A stretch of DNA of 61,597 bases, the filler included, from Globobulimina sp. (taxonomy: Eukaryota): assembly GCA_003354225.1 (NCBI GenBank). It is 11 parts of 11 records of this genome, joined end to end, with 100 filler letters (N's around TTAATTAATTAA, not from the genome) between each part and the next. Parts side by side here need not be neighbours in the genome. Positions count along the whole stretch, not along the records: positions 33,681 to 39,187 come from PIVH01000535.1; positions 39,288 to 44,790 come from PIVH01000536.1; 9 more parts are not named here. One strand, given 5' to 3'. This document shows, in pieces, positions 34,077-44,890 of this stretch. The translations under genes and the position numbers were made by a program. The notes under the pieces are model-generated. The model worked only from the letters and a program-made list of their open reading frames with translations, was not told the DNA's origin and made no database searches. Within the stretch, counting starts at the first letter, position 1. Every line of letters begins with the position of its first letter.

Positions 34077-35954
34077 TCAATAGTTCATATAAAAAGGATA
34101 CGGTGAGGATTCCCGGACAGCTTTAGGTTGTCTTAACCATTTAACAAATTGATGATATTCAACCATATCACGCTGATGAAATTTGGACCGGGATTCCATA
34201 AATAGGAAAGTATCAAAATATGTCGGTTCCAATTCTGTTAAATGTAAATGGTACGAAGAGGATAATTGATGAAAGGAACTCATATCAAAGCGGGAGAGTA
34301 AATCAGCAAATTGATTAAAGGCTGATGGGATCCATTCAAAATGCATATAGATTTTATATTTTATTAATTGAAGACACAACTCATAAATGAACATCATAAC
34401 GGTATATTTGCCGGACCATTTCCGGGTCATTGCATAAAAACATACCGAATTATCAATGTATAAATGCACAGCTTTGCCAGTTAAGATATGTTTATACGAC
34501 TCAATTAAAGTTAAGACGCAATGCGCTTCTTTCTGATGGATCTTCCACTGTGAATGCTGAGGTCTGAATTTGTATTTGGAATATACAGAATCAACAACAA
34601 AACCAGCGCCTGCATTGCAAGCATCAGTAGCAGCATAAATATCAATTGACGGCTTTTTGATTAAATTACTAATTGGAACAGAACGAATATAGAAAGCATA
34701 TTTAAGCCAAAACTTGAGATCATTTATAATGGAAAGGGGGAGAATGACCCAGTCGGTGCGTTTAATATGGCCATTTCGGATATTTTGATGGATGTAAAAA
34801 ATGGAATTGTAGGCCAACGATTTTGTATTTGGATTGAGCTGACTCCAATGCATAATTTTGCCAGTCAATGATTCCAAGGCACGACCGGAGATAATGCGAT
34901 ATTGGATAACCCACGAAATGAATTTTGTTAATTGACGGAAGGTTTTTGGAGGAATTTGGACAGTTTTATGTTGTAAATTCCATTGCATGCCATGGATAAT
35001 GGATTCTTGGCAACAATGTACGGACTTACCATGGGAGACTGTGACATGTAATTCTTTGAACAAATCATCAAAGATCTGTTCCATTATCAGGCAATCCTGT
35101 TTGGTCTTTGCTGCCATGGTAAAGTCATCGACATGAACACGAATACAATTTAATAAATGAGGATATTGTTGTTTTAATTTACAATTATCAATGATCCAAA
35201 TAAGGAGTGTCGCAAAGTATTGACAGTTGGCGGGGGCGGAGGAGACCCCATATGGCTGCTTTCTGTCTCGGAAGCGGAGGCCAAAGAGGGAATAGCCGAG
35301 GAAATCAGCATCAACCTCTGACAAACCAATCTGTCGGAAGAAATCGGCTAAATCACGGAGGGCAAAATAGTTCTTATCATGGAGTAAAGTGGCATAGTCC
35401 TTCAGATTTGGGAGGTCTTTCATGGTACATTTCTCCTTTCGAATCCATTCATTGATGGCTGTGGTGTTGATTTGGTGGAAGGAGCCATTTCGAATGACAC
35501 GGACTTTGGTGTAAAAGCCGAAGTGATCCTTCTTCGGACAGCAAAAGATCATTATTATATATTTAGGATCATAATCAATAGGCTCAATCTGCCCATTTTG
35601 GCATTCTTCGGTGATTTTGTCAATAACAGCGATTGCTTCATTTATGGAATTGACTCTGTTATAAATATATTGAGATAACTTCGAGGGATTATCCTTTTTA
35701 TTGAACGTTTTTAGCCACAAAGGGAAGCCATCTTTGATAAATTTCAATTCAATCTTTGAATTGGATTTTTGTGCGAGATAACGTTCAAAGGCGGCAATAT
35801 TCAAAGTGTTCTTGTATTTGGACCCCTCACTGTGCAAATTTTGCAAAAACTCAACTTTTTCAGCGAGTTCTGGGGAAATTTCTGGGATAAATAACAGAGC
35901 CAATAATTGGTGCGGAGAAAGAGAAACGTTTTTGATAAATGAATATCTGCACAT
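34077..35954 (-). CDS. Reverse transcriptase-RNase H, DIRS-type
   Basis: RT: PKKD..KVRVI..S..INE, RDLADFFRQI, PYGVSSAP, HVDDF. RNase H: TDAC.G.G, IHQKE, IDN, ADLLSR. Confidence 0.9.
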   Translation of the reverse strand: MCRYSFIKNVSLSPHQLLALLFIPEISPELAEKVEFLQNLHSEGSKYKNTLNIAAFERYLAQKSNSKIELKFIKDGFPLWLKTFNKKDNPSKLSQYIYNRVNSINEAIAVIDKITEECQNGQIEPIDYDPKYIIMIFCCPKKDHFGFYTKVRVIRNGSFHQINTTAINEWIRKEKCTMKDLPNLKDYATLLHDKNYFALRDLADFFRQIGLSEVDADFLGYSLFGLRFRDRKQPYGVSSAPANCQYFATLLIWIIDNCKLKQQYPHLLNCIRVHVDDFTMAAKTKQDCLIMEQIFDDLFKELHVTVSHGKSVHCCQESIIHGMQWNLQHKTVQIPPKTFRQLTKFISWVIQYRIISGRALESLTGKIMHWSQLNPNTKSLAYNSIFYIHQNIRNGHIKRTDWVILPLSIINDLKFWLKYAFYIRSVPISNLIKKPSIDIYAATDACNAGAGFVVDSVYSKYKFRPQHSQWKIHQKEAHCVLTLIESYKHILTGKAVHLYIDNSVCFYAMTRKWSGKYTVMMFIYELCLQLIKYKIYMHFEWIPSAFNQFADLLSRFDMSSFHQLSSSYHLHLTELEPTYFDTFLFMESRSKFHQRDMVEYHQFVKWLRQPKAVRESSPYPFYMNY

Positions 35955-36298
35955 AGTTTAAAAATAATTGTTGTCAGCAACTAGGAGAAGTTGCGAGAAG
36001 TTGAGAGAAAATTTGAGAAACGGAGAAATTAAATAAATTGAAATGACAGCAATTTGGCTGAAATATAGGAATTTAAAACACAACAAAGTCAGAGAGATGA
36101 CAAAGTAATTTGTGAGCTGTACAAAAATTTGATTGCATTGCTCATTTTGTGTGATAAATTGATTGATATTTTTGAAACCCAATCCCAGAATATATAATTT
36201 GCAATAAATATAATGAAATACATCGAAAGCAATGCATTGATATGGTACATAAATATTGCATAAAAATAAAAATAAGTTGAAGATATAATAAGTTGAGG

Positions 36299-37330
36299 TT
36301 AATTTGGCGGAGCTGGCGGTGATTTCGCCGCTAATTCACATTTACATAATGGATGATTGACGCCGGGATGCAAAATACATTCATGTTTCCTTGGACAATT
36401 ATCGCCTTTTCGACACTCGCCCGTAGCATTGTAAAATGCGCATTTGTCACTACGTCTAAAATCAAAATAAGTACCTGAACCTTGCAAAAATTTAGTGATT
36501 TTCTTGCAATTTACGATCATATAATTGTTATCCCAATGCGTAGGCGAGTGAGACCGGCGATTATTGTTCGAATTTTTGTTGGAAGGCCGACGATTATTGT
36601 TCGAATTATTATGATTATTCGGATATTGCTGCGGATTTTTATCGTGACGTTTCTGTTTTTGATCAATAAGTTGCTTCTTTGTGAGTTTCTTCTCAGTTTT
36701 CGATGGATTGGTAATTTGATCGGGGTGAAATGATGAAAAATTGTCGGATAAAAACGAAATGAATGACATATTGGATTTGCGATAAGCAGCATTTTGGAGC
36801 AAATTCGATGAAAATGTGGAATATAGGGACTGATCCTGGTCGATTGCTAAAGTCATACCTTTCTGGATCCAAGTCCAAAAATCCTGGGCCAAAAACGTCG
36901 CATCTTTCATTAATGGATGTAATAAATTGATTGTTTTGTTCAAATCAAAACTTTTATAGTCTAAATAGACTCGAATGTCACGATAAAGCAACTGCTGTTC
37001 GTCAGAGACTGGCAATAATTTGTTGAGTCGCGAGGATAGTTCAAAAATGAAATCGCGAATATACTTCAATGTATGGATGACATTCCATTTTGATTTGAAT
37101 AATGAGTTTAATTCGGAGGTTGGCGTCAATTTGTCAATATATTTCATGGATTGATTTAAATATTTGCAGATACGGTATGTGAGGGCAATGAATGAGAAAG
37201 TCTGAGTTTCGACCATGCCACAGATAAATTTGATAATTTGTATCTTTGATAATATAATGTCAGAGCGCTTGATGGATGACTGAATTTTCGCTGCATTTGA
37301 GGGCGCGTGGAAATTGATTAAATGTTTCAA
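36299..37330 (-). CDS. Gag-like protein with C-terminal CCCH/Cys-His finger
   Basis: CAFYNATGECRKGDNCPRKHEC..HP..HPLC, preceded by an N/R-rich linker. TTG start only, so it may be a spliced exon. Confidence 0.65.
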   Translation of the reverse strand: MKHLINFHAPSNAAKIQSSIKRSDIILSKIQIIKFICGMVETQTFSFIALTYRICKYLNQSMKYIDKLTPTSELNSLFKSKWNVIHTLKYIRDFIFELSSRLNKLLPVSDEQQLLYRDIRVYLDYKSFDLNKTINLLHPLMKDATFLAQDFWTWIQKGMTLAIDQDQSLYSTFSSNLLQNAAYRKSNMSFISFLSDNFSSFHPDQITNPSKTEKKLTKKQLIDQKQKRHDKNPQQYPNNHNNSNNNRRPSNKNSNNNRRSHSPTHWDNNYMIVNCKKITKFLQGSGTYFDFRRSDKCAFYNATGECRKGDNCPRKHECILHPGVNHPLCKCELAAKSPPAPPN

Positions 37331-37570
37331 TGTGATGGGATCTGAAGTTATTGGGCAATTTGCATTGGATTTGTATGGAAGTGCACTGAATTTGAGGCAC
37401 TGTACGGGAGTTTCTCAAATTTGTGCTGGATTTGTGCCATAAAATTGGATATAATTTGTGCAAAACGGTGAGGAGAACACTGGGAAAAGGGATAGTTTTC
37501 AGAACAAACTCCATTAATTTTCAGAGTGAGAGGGAAAGAATGTACACAGCTCGCAAACGAATGAACGATA

Positions 37571-39187
37571 TCAATAGAAAGAAGGGGTCAATCCAAGCAA
37601 ACTAAAGAAACAAAGGAGTGGTTGCGGAGCACAGTCAATCCCACGGAAAGAGAGAGAGATACAGAAAAGGAGAAAATAAGCAACAAAACCTTCTAAATCT
37701 TGGACGATATCACGGCCTGTGATACGGCGACCATTTTCAGTTAATTTCGCATTGATTAATTTATTTACAATGGAAACCTCTGCGTTTTCGACAGATTTGA
37801 TTGCCAAATCGACCATCGTCAAGACGCAGTCTTGTTTCTTCTTTTTATCAACACCGGGAGCTGTGATTAAATATTTATTGGTCAAAATGAGACGTTGCAA
37901 GTTGGTGGTATTTGTGCTATATTGTAATGGTGGCTTGGTGGCATAATTCTTTTTGTCTAAGTCATGCCGTAATTTGTGATGTTGACGGCGAACAGATTCG
38001 GTGATCGATGCTTTGAATGCATCCAAATCTGATTTGGTAATTTGCAATGAATTTGTATTTGTGAGCGGAGCAATAAATTCGGGGAACCGAAAACCAGAGG
38101 GTACAGTTTGCCGGGATCTGACAGCAACGGTGTTGGTGGTTTCTGTGGTTGTATGTCTGTTACGTTTCGGTGGTTTGCGGCCACTGTCAGATGGTGGAGA
38201 ATCTGTTGTTGATCGCGGACGTTTCTTTGGATTTGGGTCTGGCGAAAATTTGGAGATTAGTAATGGTGGAATCTCGCGGTCTTTCATAATTAATGGGAAT
38301 TTACTTAAGTTTACGATGACATTGTTTGTGTTAATTATGCCTGTTTTCAATAGTCGTTCTTTGATAATTGTCCCAATGTGTTGTACAAATGAAGCGGCTT
38401 CGTCGTCATCCGCAATTTTTGCAAAGTATTTGATATGCGATAGCAACGTAGCATGGATTGGCAAATTGAGCGCGAAGTCAAACAATAATTTGTTCGCAAC
38501 GATTGCCGAGATAACGGTTGATCGCTTAACGTCGGTGCTACGATTGTTATTTTCCAACGACGCCATTTCTTTTCTCTCCAAAACAATGGAATGAAAGAAA
38601 TTGTGATAATTCTGTTCCATCGCCTTATTTGTGGCCATTTGTGCATCGTCGGTGATATTTTGCGTACTAATCATCTCAATTAAACTGTTGGTGGCTTGCG
38701 AGAATTGCAATGCATCATCATTGGCAACGGAATTTGTGTCAGATATTTGTGAGGAAGGAGATAATGAATAACTTAAACCATTAAAGAGAGAGGAAGGTGG
38801 CGAGCCTTCTTCATTTGCAACTTCATGGTTTGAATGACCTAAAAGTAAATCATCGTCGTCGTCATCATCATTGAAATTGATATTGTCACTATTTAGGAAT
38901 TCGACGGCTTTAAATTGTTTGATTTCATCGTATGTTGCATAGTCCGGGGTCCCTTTGAATTTTTCGAAGGATTTGTCATTGAACGGCGTGCAGCAAAGGA
39001 GTAATAAATCATGGAGACTGCCAATACTTTCTTCATTTGGAACACAACGTTCTTTCACGATTTGGAGAAATAATTGAAACGATGCGAGCGAGGAACGATT
39101 TGCCGTTGGTGCAAAAAAGAGAGAGGTATGTTTCTTTTGTATAAAATGGAGGAGAAATGTAATTTCATTGGCATTGAAATAATCGCT
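37571..39187 (-). CDS. Element ORF1 of unknown function; 5'-truncated
   Basis: Frame is open to the contig edge. Acidic patch, NLS-like PKKRPR and PPKRNR. The last ~40 codons are intron-like pyrimidine tract. Confidence 0.6.
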   Translation of the reverse strand, partial: SDYFNANEITFLLHFIQKKHTSLFFAPTANRSSLASFQLFLQIVKERCVPNEESIGSLHDLLLLCCTPFNDKSFEKFKGTPDYATYDEIKQFKAVEFLNSDNINFNDDDDDDDLLLGHSNHEVANEEGSPPSSLFNGLSYSLSPSSQISDTNSVANDDALQFSQATNSLIEMISTQNITDDAQMATNKAMEQNYHNFFHSIVLERKEMASLENNNRSTDVKRSTVISAIVANKLLFDFALNLPIHATLLSHIKYFAKIADDDEAASFVQHIGTIIKERLLKTGIINTNNVIVNLSKFPLIMKDREIPPLLISKFSPDPNPKKRPRSTTDSPPSDSGRKPPKRNRHTTTETTNTVAVRSRQTVPSGFRFPEFIAPLTNTNSLQITKSDLDAFKASITESVRRQHHKLRHDLDKKNYATKPPLQYSTNTTNLQRLILTNKYLITAPGVDKKKKQDCVLTMVDLAIKSVENAEVSIVNKLINAKLTENGRRITGRDIVQDLEGFVAYFLLFCISLSFRGIDCAPQPLLCFFSLLGLTPSFY

Positions 39188-39287
39188 NNNNNNNNNNNNN
39201 NNNNNNNNNNNNNNNNNNNNNNNNNNNNNNNTTAATTAATTAANNNNNNNNNNNNNNNNNNNNNNNNNNNNNNNNNNNNNNNNNNNN
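39188..39287. other. Artificial contig linker
   Basis: N44-TTAATTAATTAA-N44. Confidence 0.99.
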
Positions 39288-40975
39288 TATTTGGCAGTAA
39301 TTCTTCAGTGAGACACATTGTGTGTTTCCATCCATGAACAATTTGTAAAATGCGTTGATTTGGAAAGTCATAAATTTTTGGAGTTGGCTCATTTTCAAGT
39401 CTTTCATATTCTGAACCAAAACAAATCACTTTGCCACATTTTGTAATCAATGATGTTTCATAAAAACCAGCTATAACTTTTATAATTTTATATTGCGACG
39501 GAACTTTTATTTTGCCGACAACCATCGATAAAGGATCTCCTTTGAGCAATATACCATCATTTTGATCCACATATGAATTATTGTCATTATTTTTGTTTTC
39601 CTTCAATTTAAATGGTGAACGGTGTTGTTTTTCAATCTGTGCAGTGGTTAAATCGCATCCTCGTTCGCGAATATCCAGCAACATCAATGCATCACTCCTG
39701 ACCCGGCCACATTGGCCATAGCGAGACATACCAAATGAATAAACATTGCCCGACTCACATAACACGACCGTATGGTTCGAACCGCACGACACATCCACCA
39801 CGTATTCGCCACACAGATCCTCCACCAATGTTGGCCAATGTTTGTCGCTGAGATCGAGCCCGTGGCCCAAAGCACCACAGCCGCCATAACCAAACGTCCA
39901 TAACAAACCATCATCGGTTAAGATGGCCGAATGTTTGTGGCCGCACGACATTGTTACAATGGATGGCGAATACAACGAGTCGTCATAAAAGGGGTAATTA
40001 TCATATGTGTAATCTGCCGCATCATTGCTATGGTACTGGTACATTGACGAGGCAGTGATGGAAGCAATGGGTGCTATATAGTCCTTGTCCTTGTCCTTTA
40101 TTTGCGAGTTGTATTTATGCCATTTATATTTCAAATGTTTCCTCCATAACGGCGTCATAGGCCTTGGTATGGGATATTCGCCGAGTCGCGCTCCGATGCC
40201 TGCGCCCAAACGCCCATTTAAGCCGACCCCGCACGACCAAATACAGCCCGTTTTATCCAAAAATAGCGTATGGACATAGCCGCTGGCCACAGAAACCACA
40301 TTGTGCCCCAATAACCTTTCAATGCACGTCGGTTTGCTGAATATCTCCGTGTAGTGATTATAGATTTTGTGTCCTAACTGTCCCCATTTGCCAATGCCCC
40401 ACGAATAGACCTTGCCATCCGAGGAGAGGGCAAAAGTGGTTCCAGCGTTGCACTCAACATACGCTATTTTGATGTCATAATTTGAAAATTCTGGAATTAT
40501 CCCAGGTATTAACTGTGCATTGTCAAAGGATATAAATCCGGTATTCCATTTTTGTCCGATTGATTGCATAATATTTAGCAAACCGGGCGCATTCACTGCC
40601 AGATTGGCGGAGGAATACATTGTTTTAATGTCATCGATCCAACCCCAACGATATAAGCTTCCATTGGAGGATAACGCATAACAATGACTCCAACCACTTG
40701 AAATTTGGATAATATCCAATGATGATAATGATTTTATCTCCATTGGGTGTTGTAAATCGTTATATGAGCCATGTCCTAAACATCCATGAATACCCCAACC
40801 CCAACTATACACTCTACGTTTTAATCCACTGCTTGGCGATACAGATAATGATTCGTGTCTAATTCTTTCTTAATATTAATATTAATATCAATATCAATAT
40901 CATTTATCATCAATGTTTAATATGTTTATTAATAAATCTATTATTAAACACATACTTTTGTGTCCATTTGGACAT
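39288..40975 (-). CDS. RCC1-repeat protein; probable short first exon (ATG 40975) and intron; 3' end at contig edge
   Basis: Repeated VYSWG.G..G.LG / ..CG..H units. MSKWTQK exon followed by a gtatgt donor. Confidence 0.88.
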
Positions 40976-41049
40976 GATAGGAATACGAAAACTTTGTGGT
41001 TTACAAAAAACTTTTCATTCCATGGCACTGGAAGCAGCAAACCGAAAAT

Positions 41050-41624
41050 ATGGTAGAAACGTGGGAGGATTTCAAAATAAAAAAAAAAAAAAAAAACGTA
41101 GAACAAGAGCAAGTCGAAGAGGTTCAACAATATTTGTGTCAAGTAGTTGGTGAAAAGTTAGATGGTGATCTTTTTGATGAATTAAAAGATGGAACAATTT
41201 TATGTCGATTATTAAATGAAATATCTCCTAACGTCTGCAAAAAATTTAAACAGACAAAGGCTGCGTTTGTAGCAAGGAATAATATCTCAATATATTTAGC
41301 TGGCTGTAAATCGTTAGGAATGGCTCAAATGGATTTATTTGAAACAAGAGAGTTACAAATTATATTTAATATGAATATGAATATGAATATGAATATAAAT
41401 AATATAATGATATACATAGTTTATATGACTTACAAGCACCGCATGCAGTGTTAAATAATATTTATACCGTTTCTGCTGTTTCAAGGAAATTAGGCTTTAA
41501 AGGACCGTTTATCGGCGTAAAAATTGCAAATTCAAATAAACGCAATTTTACAAAGGAACAATTGGTTGAAGCAAATAGAAAATTAATACAAGAATCAATG
41601 GCTGAGCATAAACAGCCTAATTAA
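41050..41624 (+). CDS. Calponin/transgelin/MP20-like CH-domain actin-binding protein (intron 41352-41419)
   Basis: LKDGTILCRLLN..NISIYL. Splicing gives DLFETRDLYD...GPFIGVK...NKRNFTKEQL. Confidence 0.9.
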
Positions 41625-41666
41625 TTATATAAATTAAATTAATTAACTTCTTGTTTTGTTTTGTAA

Positions 41667-42830
41667 TTATTTTATTAATTTTGAAGATTTCCACAATGAG
41701 AGTCGTTTTGCTTGTATTGCTTTTGTAACATTCTCGATTTTCATCTTATTTTGATTATTTATATGGAATTTATAGCCATCCTCAGGCAAAGATGGTGAAA
41801 TAGGGATTAACCAAAACCAAATATCATTTCCTAACATTTTTTTACAATTTAAAAATATCCCCTCATCAAATTCATGCGTATGTACAAAATCAATATTAAA
41901 ATGTTTGGCCATTGCCTTTATTTCAATATATTTATGATACTCAATGGATGTCAAATTCTTACTCATTTGCCATAGATGCATACAACTCTGCATTGCCGCA
42001 AATATTGTAAAAAATATGCAAATGATTAATGTCAATAATAGACAAATTATGGAGAATATGCCATAGCGAGGCGCCGGCGCAGAATATTCCAAATTATTTA
42101 TAAATATACGATAAATTAAGATAAAAATCGATAGTATACACTCTAGAAACAAATAGATGATTGTTAGTAAAAAATATTTGTAATTGTAAAATCCAACGCC
42201 ATTATTGAACCATACACAGAAATGATCCATTCGCAACACATTCGATTCTAACTCAAAGCAATAATGCGATCGAGGTGGACGAGCAAAATTATCTGGAAAA
42301 TCTTCCTCATTTTCATTCGAATTTTCATTCGAACTCTCTTCTATTAACAATCGGGTCTCTTCATTGCCATTTTCATCCTTGTCTTTGTTAAATCGCTTCA
42401 TCCATTCTTGTTGTTGTTTAATTTGTTGTTTATAGCTTTTAAATCTTATTTTAAAATTTTCATGCATTTTTGGGTAACGTTTATACCACTTTTTTTCCAC
42501 TAATCCAGGCGATGTAAATGCACCTCTAAAATATTATTATTTTAATAAACATCAACACCAACATAGCAAACTTACAATACCTTACCTTAAAAAGGATGCA
42601 ACTAACAATATCCAGAAAATACAAAATAATATTCCGTCGATTGGCAATGCTTTTGTGTCCAGGTTTAATGCATAAATATCTACCAAAATTGAATAGGTAA
42701 TAAATATTATAACTAGTATTGCCGCCGGAAACACAATTTTAGCAAATTGCCCTCTCGATAACTGCCCAACCATTGGTGGATGGCCATGTTGATGACCATG
42801 TTGATGACCATGTTGAGCACCATGTGACAT
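41667..42830 (-). CDS. DHHC-family palmitoyltransferase with DHFC motif (intron 42526-42585)
   Basis: RPPRSHYC..VLRMDHFCVWFNNGVG..NYKYF, NLTSIE, four TMs. Splicing restores FLRGAFTSPG. Confidence 0.88.
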
Positions 42831-43170
42831 GTTTTTTGGTCTTTTAGTTGTTGTTGTTGAAGAAATAAAAGTGAAAAATAAAGTAAGTGGGAATACAATG
42901 TTGCTAATTGCTGGTAATTGATGATTGAATTTGAATTTGAATTTGAATTCGAATGGTAATAGTCACGCATAGACAAAGTATGAAGATTACTGTTTGTTTG
43001 TTTGTTTGTTTCATTTTGTTAACATTGCAATAAACAAATAAAGATAATTAGGACACTCATTATCGCTGAAAAATAAATAAATAAAAAAAAAACATTCCAA
43101 AATATACAAATCAAAGAGAATTGAACGAGGGAAGAATAAAAGGAACGGTAACACACGTCATTTAAATAGA

Positions 43171-44790
43171 AATGATCCACAAACAGCAAATCAACAATCG
43201 TTGACGCAACAAAATCCATTTCCTGCCAATAATTTAACCATTTCAATACCAAATAGCACCGCGGCTAACAATAACAACAACAATAATAATAATAATGGCA
43301 ATACTAATAACAATGCAAACGGTCAACCAAATAATGCAAATCAAATTAATTTCAATGCATTAAGTATGAATACAAATGTTTTAAACAATAACGGCTTAAT
43401 GCAATTACAGCAGGCACAGTTAGTCCATGCGCAACAACAACAATTACAACAGCTACAACAATATCAGTTACAACAGCAATTACTGCAACAACAGCAACAG
43501 CAACAACAGCAACAACAGCAACAGCAACAGCAACAGCAACAGAATGAGGATCAAAATAATAATAATAATAATAATGATCTAAATAACAACCAAAATAAGA
43601 CCCAACAAATTCAAATCGTTCAACCGTCTCAATTATCCCAATTATCTCAGCAATCTCAGCAAGGCCCCATTGACGCATCCAATGCAAACACACAACAATT
43701 ACTAATTCAAGCGCAAATACAGCAGTTACAAAACGTTGCACAGCAACAAAACCAGCAACAACAGCAAGCACATCAAGTACAACACCAACAACAGCAGCAA
43801 TTACAGCATTTGCAACAAGCCCAACAACTCGCTGCCTTACAAGCTGCTGCCGCCGCCGTACAACAACAACAACAACAGCAACAGCAACAGCAATCAAATG
43901 CAAATCCAAATACCAACAATAATAATCAAAATAACACAAATAACCCAAACAGCAATGAACAAAATAATGATCAAAATAATAATGTGAATGGCGGTAATGG
44001 CGGTAATAAAGATCAGACGCAAACAATTACACCACAACAATTGCAACAATTAGCTCAACAACAATATATTCAGCAATTACAAGCTGCTCAATTACAGGCA
44101 GCTACGGCACAATCAACTCAACAGCAACAGCAACAGCAACAGCAGCAGCAGCAGCAGCAATTACAGCATGCTGCGCATCAACAACATGTAACGCGTGTTG
44201 TGTTCAATGCTATATCTCAGATTACAGTGCAATTACAGGCGACGCAAGCGCAATTACACAGCATTGTGCCCCAATTGACCTCATTGCAAACCCAATTACA
44301 AACACCCACACAAAACCAAAATACGCAACAACTCGAAACCCATTACAGAGCGGTCTCCTCTGCCTACGAGCAGCATTACAGGAAATACCTCCTATATCTG
44401 CAGCAAATACAGCAGCTACAAACCTATCTACAACAACATCAGCAGCAGCAACAAATCAACCAACAACAACAACTACAACAAGACGCATTAAACCAACAGC
44501 AACAACAACAGCAGCAATCACAACCACAACCACAACCACCACAACAATCACAACAACCACCACCACCACAATCACAGCAACCATCCCAACAACAATTGCA
44601 ATTGCAACAAATCAACCAACTACAACTACAACAGCAACAGGAACATGAACAGCAACAGCAACAACAACAACAACAACAATCACAAGCACCACCACCACCA
44701 CCACAGCAACAACCACAACCACAACCACAACCACAGCAGCCATTGCAACAACAATTAAATGAGCAACAACAATTAGAATTAGCTGCTGTA
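43171..44790 (+). CDS. Poly-Q/N low-complexity (prion-like) protein; start uncertain, 3'-truncated
   Basis: >500 codons of Q/N/P tracts with mixed CAA/CAG codons and one helical island (HYRAVSSAYEQHYRKYLLYL). Confidence 0.7.
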
Positions 44791-44890
44791 NNNNNNNNNN
44801 NNNNNNNNNNNNNNNNNNNNNNNNNNNNNNNNNNTTAATTAATTAANNNNNNNNNNNNNNNNNNNNNNNNNNNNNNNNNNNNNNNNNNNN
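44791..44890. other. Artificial contig linker
   Basis: N44-TTAATTAATTAA-N44. Confidence 0.99.

Larger units (their letters stand above)
33681..39187 (-). mobile_element. Internal part of a DIRS/Ngaro-like (YR-class) retroelement; termini and recombinase not within the contig
   Basis: Three co-oriented ORFs: unknown, gag-like with CCCH finger, and RT plus DIRS-type RNase H. Pyrimidine-rich spacers. Confidence 0.8.

Noticed and set aside
43352-44026. 224-aa Val/Ala-rich minus-strand ORF
   Set aside because: Antisense shadow of CAA/CAG repeats.
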